A stretch of 64,000 nucleotides of DNA from Alphaproteobacteria bacterium. Its GTDB lineage: Bacteria; Pseudomonadota; Alphaproteobacteria; RF32; CAG-239. The notes under the pieces are model-generated. The model had not been told where the DNA came from. It made no database searches and worked only from the letters and a program-made list of their open reading frames with translations. The position numbers and the translations under genes were made by a program. The stretch is taken from contig JAFUBQ010000009.1 in the NCBI GenBank assembly GCA_017460085.1, positions 6,237 to 70,236 of the forward strand, in the 5' to 3' direction. Of the stretch, positions 56,450 through 64,000 are shown piece by piece; position 1 is the stretch's first letter; each line of letters begins with the position of its first letter.

Positions 56450-58165
56450 CTAATATATCGGACGTTGGTCTAGCAATCCGCACCAACGCTCCAACTCATC
56501 TAAATCAATAATTCCCTTAAGCATACGTTCAATAGCAGCTTCTCTCAACGGCCGCCCGTCAAGCTCACTAATCCAATAGTCAATTGCTTCTCTAGTATTG
56601 TTTTCAATCATTAACTTTAAAAAATTACCATCCGGAATTATAATTTCCGGCACAGATAAACGTCCGATAACTCCTTTATGATTGCAATATTTACACCCCT
56701 TGCCGCGTAAATAAGTATTTTCAATACCAAAATCACCTAAAGCTGTTTTAAGACGCTCAAACGATGGGTCATTCATACGTTCTTTAACCGAAATACGGCA
56801 ATATGGGCATATGCGCCTAAATAAACGTTGAGAAATCAACCCTTTCATAATTTCCGGATCGCTCAACATATAGGGCTTAACTCCCATATCACGCAAACGC
56901 GTTACAATTGCCGGAGCTGAATTGGCGTGTAAAGTTGTCCAAACACTGTGTCCGGAAAGAGCACCTCTAAACACCAAGCCCGCCGCTGAAAGCGACCTGA
57001 TTTCGCCGACCATTATAACGTCAGGGTCAGAACGTAAAGCCGCTACTAATGCTTTATTGAATTCTTCATCTTTTTCTTCTTCTGTTCCGGCATTTGTCAC
57101 CGGCATCTGCCGCGCTCCCGGAATAGGATACTCCGGTGGGTCTTCCACCGTAATAACATTAATTTCACTATTGCGCTCTTTAATTAAACTAATCATATTA
57201 CGCTGCAATGTGGTTGACTTTCCCGAACCTGTCGGCCCGGCAATAATATTCAAACCAACCGCTGTTGCCCGCAAACGATAAAAAAGGTTAATTTCCCTTT
57301 CTTCCAGCCCTAAAGAACTTAAATCGCTATCACCGTCAGGATTATCATCTGCATACAATAAACGCATAACCAAATATTGCGACCCGAAAGCTACCGGATT
57401 AAATTGCAAACGAATAGCTAATATATTGTGCGGCAGTTTTAATTTTCCACCGGTGCCGCGCAACGGAGTTTCTCCTAATTTTTGCGCACCTTGAAACTCG
57501 TTTTGCGCATAGTTAGAGTCTGAAATATCCGCTGAAGCAAAAGCCGCACGAACAAACGCCTCTCCCCAATCTTTTGAATATTCTAATTCTCGCTCCATCA
57601 TGCCGTTATTACGAAAAAGCACAACGGTAGAATCGGCTACAATAACATGAATATCGGAAACTTTTTTAAGTGCTGCTCGGCTTATAACACTTAAAAAGTC
57701 TATTTGCATTTGATATTCTATACTTTCTTCGGCTGAAACATTTATTTCACCCATGCCGCGGTCTGCATATGCATATATAGCCGCTATAACGTTTGCCGAA
57801 ACATATTCTGGTGGATACATTCTTATATGACGACGTTTAAGATTAGATGTAAAATTAAGCACCTTACCGTCAAAACGATTTTCCTGCGCAATTAAATACC
57901 TACCATCAGAAAAAAATGCCAACATACGTCGCGTTTCGCTATCTATATTCAGCTCACCATCGCCCAGCGTCAAAAGTTTGTTGCCGTTGGCAAAAAGCCT
58001 GCTGAAATAGCTGTCATCTTTTTTTATATCACCTGATAATATTTTAGCATCTGAAATTATTTTATTTTGCGCTTCCGTGCTGCTATCTGCCACAGACAAC
58101 GGTGATGCCGCAACTTCTGTTGCGGCTTCCTTCTCATCTGTTTGGATTACAGCATTTTCTGCCAT
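56450..58165 (-). CDS. pilQ: Type IVb pilus assembly ATPase (PilQ/GspE)
   Basis: GPTGSGKSTT, TVEDPPEY, DPDVIMVGEIR, GHSVWTTLHANS, CPYC..CKYC. Confidence 0.92.
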   Translation of the reverse strand: MAENAVIQTDEKEAATEVAASPLSVADSSTEAQNKIISDAKILSGDIKKDDSYFSRLFANGNKLLTLGDGELNIDSETRRMLAFFSDGRYLIAQENRFDGKVLNFTSNLKRRHIRMYPPEYVSANVIAAIYAYADRGMGEINVSAEESIEYQMQIDFLSVISRAALKKVSDIHVIVADSTVVLFRNNGMMERELEYSKDWGEAFVRAAFASADISDSNYAQNEFQGAQKLGETPLRGTGGKLKLPHNILAIRLQFNPVAFGSQYLVMRLLYADDNPDGDSDLSSLGLEEREINLFYRLRATAVGLNIIAGPTGSGKSTTLQRNMISLIKERNSEINVITVEDPPEYPIPGARQMPVTNAGTEEEKDEEFNKALVAALRSDPDVIMVGEIRSLSAAGLVFRGALSGHSVWTTLHANSAPAIVTRLRDMGVKPYMLSDPEIMKGLISQRLFRRICPYCRISVKERMNDPSFERLKTALGDFGIENTYLRGKGCKYCNHKGVIGRLSVPEIIIPDGNFLKLMIENNTREAIDYWISELDGRPLREAAIERMLKGIIDLDELERWCGLLDQRPIY

Positions 58166-58174
58166 TTTATCTCC

Positions 58175-59674
58175 TTAATACGCAAACATACCTTGACTAA
58201 AAGAAAGTGATTTGCTTTTTCTCACTGTACCTTGCTTTTGCGCTTTTTCAGCTTTTTTTTTGACCGTAGATTCTCTTTCTTGATTCATCGGCTTACCAAA
58301 TACTGTTTCGTTTTCAGGTTTATTTAGGCCTGCCGGTGTTTCGTTCCGAATGCTCTTCTTTACTGTTGCTTCCGGTGTTTTTTCCGATTCATTAAAAATA
58401 TTCCGCGGTTCATATTCCATAATTGTACCACCAGGATACAAATATGACTTTATACCTTTTTTATCAAAAGCTATATACTTTTCGGTAATTTTTAATACTG
58501 TTTCACCACCATGCAATACAGAACCGCGATGAACAGTAAAAGTCGTACCGTCACGGCTTACAATTTTTGCCACAATATCATCACCTTGACCGGTTATATC
58601 CATAATGGCATATTCTTGAGCCAAATCGATTGATGCCGCATTAGGATCTAAATTACCACCGTTGGCAAACGGATTACCTGAGGATTGTTCTTTCATCATC
58701 TGAATCCTAGCTTCGCTCTCCGCAATATCCCTACGCAACTGCATAACCTGTGCATTCATATTTTTCGTCGTGTTTGTATATCTTTCAACTGCGTCTGTTG
58801 CGTGCTTATTAACGGAATCGGTTTTCTGCTTAACTTTTTCAATTTTTTCTTCAAATGCATTAATTAATTCTTGACGCTCATTTTCAAGCTCATTAATGCG
58901 AACTTGCAATTTTCCGTTCTTTTCAATCCATTTTTGGTTGATAACCAAAACTTCATTCATATAATCATTAAGCACTTTTGCCTGACGAACTTTTTCAAGT
59001 TCAATTTCTTTTTCTTTAACTTTTGCTTGTGCCTCAATAATCTTTTGTTGCCGTGCCACTTCCATATCTTTAAGTTTTTCTTCTTCTGCAATGCGACGCG
59101 ATTCAGCTTCTTGACGAGCTAACAAACGTGCCGCTTTCAAGGCTTCAACCTTGTTGCGAACATCTTCTCGTTTAAGCTCTAAATTAAGCAAAGTTGTTTG
59201 TTTTTCAATTTGCGACATCTGATTAAATAAATCATTATCAACTTTAGATAAAATTGCGTTACCGAAATTTTCAAATGGTGAACTTGGAGCTGTCACGCTT
59301 TCATCTTCACCGTCTTCGGCAACATTAGCTTCTTCATCTGCTAATAATGCTTCATCGACATTATTTTGTTCATCAATAATCTCAGGTTCTGCTTCATCGG
59401 CAGATTGTTCATCTAAAAATGATGTATCAATCTCAGTATCTGATGCTTCAACTGCGTTGTTTTCCTCTGCTATCGGCGCTTTTTCATCAATCGGTGCAAC
59501 ATCATCTTGCTGATTAGGCAAAACTGCCGCATCTTCCGCCACCGGTTCATCAAATAAAAACGGAGCATCTTGCGCTTTGGTCATGTTGCTCATTGTCATC
59601 ATAACCGCAAACGACAAAGCTAAGACAACAATATTTTTATTTTTCAGGTTGTAACTCATAAATTTCTCCTTCAT
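58175..59674 (-). CDS. pilP: PilP-like type IVb pilus protein with long coiled-coil insertion
   Basis: Signal peptide; QTTLLNLELKR motif; ITGQGDDIVAKI..G..V..G beta domain; position between pilO and pilQ. Confidence 0.65.
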   Translation of the reverse strand: MKEKFMSYNLKNKNIVVLALSFAVMMTMSNMTKAQDAPFLFDEPVAEDAAVLPNQQDDVAPIDEKAPIAEENNAVEASDTEIDTSFLDEQSADEAEPEIIDEQNNVDEALLADEEANVAEDGEDESVTAPSSPFENFGNAILSKVDNDLFNQMSQIEKQTTLLNLELKREDVRNKVEALKAARLLARQEAESRRIAEEEKLKDMEVARQQKIIEAQAKVKEKEIELEKVRQAKVLNDYMNEVLVINQKWIEKNGKLQVRINELENERQELINAFEEKIEKVKQKTDSVNKHATDAVERYTNTTKNMNAQVMQLRRDIAESEARIQMMKEQSSGNPFANGGNLDPNAASIDLAQEYAIMDITGQGDDIVAKIVSRDGTTFTVHRGSVLHGGETVLKITEKYIAFDKKGIKSYLYPGGTIMEYEPRNIFNESEKTPEATVKKSIRNETPAGLNKPENETVFGKPMNQERESTVKKKAEKAQKQGTVRKSKSLSFSQGMFAY

Positions 59675-60905
59675 ATTGCCAATTACGCCTATTTATATCA
59701 TATCTGATGGTATTAACCGTCAGTCCAGAAAATTTCATTAATAATTCCACCCAATTTAACGGATCATTATTACTGGTAATTTTGTATTCCATAATACCAT
59801 AGTTAGTTCCGCGCGGCGATACCCAATTTTTATGCGCTATAGTAATATGTGTACCCAAGGTTTGGTTCAAATCATTAATAATGTTGGTTAAATCATCTTC
59901 CGTATATTCCGGAGGTGAATTTAAAGTGCTAATTTCACTAATCGGCATTGTAACCATAAATGTATTGCCGTCTTTGGAAATTGCTCGCGATGTATATTCT
60001 ACTCCCGACGTTTGCAGCGCCTGCTCCATCCACGTCATCCGCCCTAATTCGCGCTTCCACGAGGTAACAACGCCGCTTTCCGGTGTGCAGGTAATCCCCT
60101 CTAATTTCCACCCCGGAGTTAATATTTGTACAGCTTTTTTGGTTGCCGTATAACAATTTTTCATAACATCAATCGGATTGTTTAATTTCTCCCAAGGTTT
60201 CGGCTCAGGCGGAATATAAGACGGAGTTTCCACCTGCTTAATCGGCGCAATAACCGGTGCTCTCGGCGGAGTAAAAAACAGACTTTTTAAACTTGAATAT
60301 GCAAACCAAAGAATAATGGCAAAACCAACAATAATAACTGCCAACATTGCCATATCATTTGATGTTGCAATTTTATCAAGCTTAACTTGCAGTCCCTTAG
60401 CCAACAACGGAGCGAGTTTATCACTTCGCGCTTCATCAACTCCCCATTCTTCAGGTGCAAACAATATATCCCAGTCAGGAACAGCTAACATAGATATAAA
60501 TTGGTCTTTCGCATCTTTTTCACTAACAAACAACGTATCTCCGTCAGAAAGAATTACGTCGTTTCTGAAACAAATGTACCACCAACCGGTATCAACCTTA
60601 AAAACACCTAAAAACGAGGTAACATTACCTAAACCGGAAACAAGCGCAATAGCTGCCGAAGGCAAACCACGGCTAAAGCCTTGAGTTGATGCTGCCAAAC
60701 CAAACTGCGGAGATTTTCCTTTACGCGTAACGTATAAATCAGCCCCTTCCAAAACATTTTCAGATGCTTCTCTAACTTCTGGCAAAGGATTTTCCTCGTT
60801 CAGCAAAGGCTGCCAAAACAGGCTGGCGGCATACGTCTTACCGCCTTCGGTAAAGGAAGACTTCCATGCCTTTTCTTCTGTTTGATCTTCAGCCACTTTA
60901 CGCAC
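59637..60905 (-). CDS. pilO: Type IVb pilus PilO-like protein
   Basis: YAASLFWQPL, SAAIAL, ILSDGD, central TM, PPEPKPW, PGWKL.GITC. Confidence 0.8.
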   Translation of the reverse strand: MRKVAEDQTEEKAWKSSFTEGGKTYAASLFWQPLLNEENPLPEVREASENVLEGADLYVTRKGKSPQFGLAASTQGFSRGLPSAAIALVSGLGNVTSFLGVFKVDTGWWYICFRNDVILSDGDTLFVSEKDAKDQFISMLAVPDWDILFAPEEWGVDEARSDKLAPLLAKGLQVKLDKIATSNDMAMLAVIIVGFAIILWFAYSSLKSLFFTPPRAPVIAPIKQVETPSYIPPEPKPWEKLNNPIDVMKNCYTATKKAVQILTPGWKLEGITCTPESGVVTSWKRELGRMTWMEQALQTSGVEYTSRAISKDGNTFMVTMPISEISTLNSPPEYTEDDLTNIINDLNQTLGTHITIAHKNWVSPRGTNYGIMEYKITSNNDPLNWVELLMKFSGLTVNTIRYDINRRNWQYEGEIYELQPEK

Positions 60906-60917
60906 TCCTTATTATTT

Positions 60918-62534
60918 TTAGTCGTTCATTCTAGATTCCGGTGACAATGGAGACTCCATCACAACCGGTGTTAACATAATTACAAGCAATGTCTTGTCTT
61001 CAACAGCCGATTGCTGTCCGCCTAAAACAGGATTTTTAGCCGAACCCACACCGCGCTTATCTGTTGTGTCTTCAACCCGTTCATAACCCGCCAAAATAAG
61101 CGTTTCACCAGATTTAAGCGCAACTTCTTGTGTAAAACCACGAGTTTCGATAATCGGATTTTGAATATATTGGCTATCATTGTCATCTTCACCACCGCCC
61201 GAAACACTGACATTTTTCAAATCAAGTAAATCTGCCAAAGTTAAGTTAAAGAACATCAAAACTCTGCCATGGTCTAAAATACGCGGTAAAACGCTCATTG
61301 TAAAACCGGTTTCAATTTGCTCGGTTTCAACAGAAATATCATACGTATCACTATCACCGCTGTTTGTTTTAGTTATGTTAGAGATATAGTTTTGAGTTCG
61401 AACAACCTGAATTGGTGCAGGTTTATTATTCATTGTCGTAACTGTACCGCTGGTCACTAAATTAGTGCGGCCTTCTTGCGATAATGCGTTAATCGCTGCA
61501 GTTACATCCCAACGCTTAGAAGTAATACCCATAGCCAACGAGCTATATTCTTCTCCAAGAGCTGCTTGAGATGTAGTTGATGCCGTTAAATTCTTTAACG
61601 AACCGGCCTTAAAGGTTGCGTTTAAGTCCAAACCATATTTATCGGAATCAGTCATAGTAACCTGCAAAACCTTAACACTGATGGCAACTTGCTTTGAAAC
61701 ACGCTGATTTTGTTCGTTAACATATTTAGCAACGCGCTTAATGTCAGTTGGTGTTGTAGTTACCGTTATTGTTCCATTAGCTTTATCGATTACTAAATTA
61801 GAATCTTGTGTAATCATTGACTGGATTGTGCTTTGAATATTATTCCACATATCCATTCCATCAACTGAACTAGATTGAGAAATGCTTGAAGCACCTCCTT
61901 CGCCGCCAACTGAAACGTTTAATGACGGATTTGTCGGTAATGAATAAATTACAAAAGTTTTGGTAATATAGCGATAGAAATAAATTTCTTTCTTTTCATA
62001 TTTCCACCACACACCAAACCTGTTTGCCACTTCATCAAGCAATCCGCTGATTGGACCTTTGTAGTTCACTAACATTCTGGTAGAATCAGCCCATTGAGCT
62101 CCTAAATCTTCCATTGACGGTTCATTGTTATCGGCATTGGCAATTGCATTAGCTTCCAATTCCGGAGCATATCGCACGGATAATGATGTAATTTTATTAA
62201 TCATTGTGCCGATTTCATAAAGAGTAATCGGTCTGTTGCTAATAAGCGTAATTCCGTCTTTAGCTTCCAAATAACTTGGTATAGGCTCACCTTCAAATTC
62301 AACCGTGCTGGTGTCACCGAGCCAAATATCATTTTTAACACGAACAACATCATCAGGCACAGGCTCGCCCGGAGTTTTGGCTTTTTGATTTAAGTCCATA
62401 ACTTCTTCGGCGCGATTTTCCATTTTTTCATCCAACTCCGGAGAAATGGAACACGCTACCGTAATCCCAATAAGAGCTAAAGCAGCCGGTTTTAACAAAT
62501 TAATCATACGCATTTTCATCCTCCATTGTTTCAA
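60918..62534 (-). CDS. pilN: Type IVb pilus secretin, R64 PilN family (lipoprotein; start probably 62513-62519)
   Basis: Lipobox TVA-C; KQVAISVKVL, TMNNKPAPIQV, TGFTMSVLP, LKSGETLILAG. Confidence 0.92.
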   Translation of the reverse strand: MKQWRMKMRMINLLKPAALALIGITVACSISPELDEKMENRAEEVMDLNQKAKTPGEPVPDDVVRVKNDIWLGDTSTVEFEGEPIPSYLEAKDGITLISNRPITLYEIGTMINKITSLSVRYAPELEANAIANADNNEPSMEDLGAQWADSTRMLVNYKGPISGLLDEVANRFGVWWKYEKKEIYFYRYITKTFVIYSLPTNPSLNVSVGGEGGASSISQSSSVDGMDMWNNIQSTIQSMITQDSNLVIDKANGTITVTTTPTDIKRVAKYVNEQNQRVSKQVAISVKVLQVTMTDSDKYGLDLNATFKAGSLKNLTASTTSQAALGEEYSSLAMGITSKRWDVTAAINALSQEGRTNLVTSGTVTTMNNKPAPIQVVRTQNYISNITKTNSGDSDTYDISVETEQIETGFTMSVLPRILDHGRVLMFFNLTLADLLDLKNVSVSGGGEDDNDSQYIQNPIIETRGFTQEVALKSGETLILAGYERVEDTTDKRGVGSAKNPVLGGQQSAVEDKTLLVIMLTPVVMESPLSPESRMND

Positions 62535-63228
62535 TCACTAAAACGCGATTTCCTTTATAAAATGTAGCAATCGGGGCCGGTCTTGCACGTGCAAAGGCAC
62601 GAACTAAAGCAGATGCTACGTCGGCAAAATTACCTCTAAACATTGCACCGGCATTCAATGTATAATTACGATTAGTCTTCCAAATTAAACGCCATCCAGA
62701 CTCGTCACTCCATTGCGTCAATAAGTCCTTTAAACTTTGCCCTTCTTCTGCCAACCAATCTTTGTTTGCTGTTTCTTCTGCCGCCGTCGGCTCAATTTGC
62801 GCCGGTGTATATCCTTTCATACCATTAGCGGTTGTTGTACTAGCAACTTGAGCCTCATATTCGATAACCTCATTATCTATGCTCGGCTGTATTGCTGCTG
62901 AAACATTATTACCTGCACCGGCCTGTGTAATGCGATGGTCGCGCGGGCTTCTTTCACCATAAGCTCTAAAATCAGCAGCCGTACGGGTATAATTTACCGC
63001 ACTTTCATCACGGCACTCGCTGTATCCGTCTGTGTTTTCAACACAAACTGCCGTATATTCCTGATTGCTGGTGCAAATTCCATCAGCACATTCAGCATCA
63101 TAAGACTCAAAACCATTAGCCGGCTGAGCTTCATATCTATTATTAACACAGCCCGTTAGAGCAAATAAGCCACCTAAAACAAAGGCTATTGTTGTTTTTT
63201 TTCTATTTGTTTCATTTGTATATCCCAT
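62500..63228 (-). CDS. TcpQ-domain lipoprotein (PilL-like)
   Basis: Lipobox LTG-C; WLAEEGQSLKDLLTQW...GWRLIW...NY...A.F.G.F C-terminal domain. Confidence 0.8.
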   Translation of the reverse strand: MGYTNETNRKKTTIAFVLGGLFALTGCVNNRYEAQPANGFESYDAECADGICTSNQEYTAVCVENTDGYSECRDESAVNYTRTAADFRAYGERSPRDHRITQAGAGNNVSAAIQPSIDNEVIEYEAQVASTTTANGMKGYTPAQIEPTAAEETANKDWLAEEGQSLKDLLTQWSDESGWRLIWKTNRNYTLNAGAMFRGNFADVASALVRAFARARPAPIATFYKGNRVLVIETMEDENAYD

Positions 63229-63262
63229 CGTATTTTCCTATATTACGAGTTAACTTTCGGCC

Positions 63263-64000
63263 TTAGTACCACGGACTTTTGCTTTTTGCGGTTTCCTCAG
63301 CCTTTTCTTCTTTTGTTATATAACGAACATTCCTAATAATAAATGAGTTTGGCTCTCTATCAGTAAAAATTATATTAACTTTACGATATTCCACTCCGTT
63401 ATTGGCTAAAATCTTATACAGCAATTTCAGCCGCTTTTGCTGTAGCTCGTATGGTGCTGAACGGTCAAGACGAATTTCTATAGCTACATCATCGTAATTG
63501 ACCACATTTTCTGAAAATGCCTTAATCCACTCAAGCGTTTGACCTGAAATTTCAGCACGATTTGCCTGAAATGACAACTTTAACTCCGTTGGCGCAACAT
63601 TATCCTTATTTGCTGCTCCAAGTCCTAATAATTTGCGAAACAAAGATGATGTTTTAGCTTCTGATGACGATGCTCCGTCACGTTTTATTTCGGCATTTTC
63701 TTCATCACCACCTTCTGATTTGCGCCGATTACCCGAAAACCAAGCAGCGATGCTGTCGGTTAAACTGCTTTCTTCTTCCGGAACAACATCTTTTTCTTTT
63801 TTATCTAATGCACCTTCTTTATTTATATCTGCTGAAAAATCTTCTTTAACATTTTGCTCTTTTTCTGACTGCGATATGCTTGTTTCTATAGGAGCTTGAC
63901 CGTGCTTGCGCCGCAATTCTTCTTCTAATTTAATATTTTCGGCAGAAGACGAAAATTGCGGTGTCAAATTCTTATCATTGGCAATTTCATCAGGAATTGG
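63263..64000 (-). CDS. Hypothetical pilus-operon protein, 5' truncated
   Basis: Frame is open to the window edge (PIPDEIANDKNLTPQF...); C-terminal LSFQANRAEIS domain loosely OmpA-like. Confidence 0.6.
   Translation of the reverse strand, partial: PIPDEIANDKNLTPQFSSSAENIKLEEELRRKHGQAPIETSISQSEKEQNVKEDFSADINKEGALDKKEKDVVPEEESSLTDSIAAWFSGNRRKSEGGDEENAEIKRDGASSSEAKTSSLFRKLLGLGAANKDNVAPTELKLSFQANRAEISGQTLEWIKAFSENVVNYDDVAIEIRLDRSAPYELQQKRLKLLYKILANNGVEYRKVNIIFTDREPNSFIIRNVRYITKEEKAEETAKSKSPWY

Overview
AT-rich bacterial chromosome segment. Gene content and order (ffs-dnaX-ybaB-recR, kdsD-lptCA-lptB, lpxC-bamD-recN-uvrC-pgsA, DUF2333, DUF47-PiT) point to an Alphaproteobacterium, probably host/gut-associated (inference). 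Bases 1-27.4 kb and 40.4-54.8 kb are mostly housekeeping and envelope genes, plus SRP RNA, RNase P RNA, tRNA-Gly(GCC) and tRNA-Trp(CCA). A ~12 kb element (28106-40151) is integrated in the 3' end of tRNA-Gly, bounded by a 24-bp direct repeat. It carries a tyrosine integrase, two serine recombinases (one resembling Bacteroides Mpi), a trimeric autotransporter adhesin with a Skp-like partner, two ankyrin proteins and a putative Rep with phased repeats, but no phage structural or conjugation genes. The last 9 kb is an R64-like type IVb pilus operon running off the window edge. The most unusual signal is non-coding. Downstream of both tRNA 3' ends lie related ~240-330 nt modular elements. Each begins with a hairpin whose arms are antisense and sense copies of its own tRNA's T-arm, and the Gly copy reproduces that tRNA's non-canonical T-loop base. 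Other highlights: an A10 slippage candidate in dnaX, a candidate invertible segment upstream of the adhesin, an LptC-LptA fusion and a Trp-rich repeat tail on BamD. All product calls come from motif recognition by eye; no searches were run.
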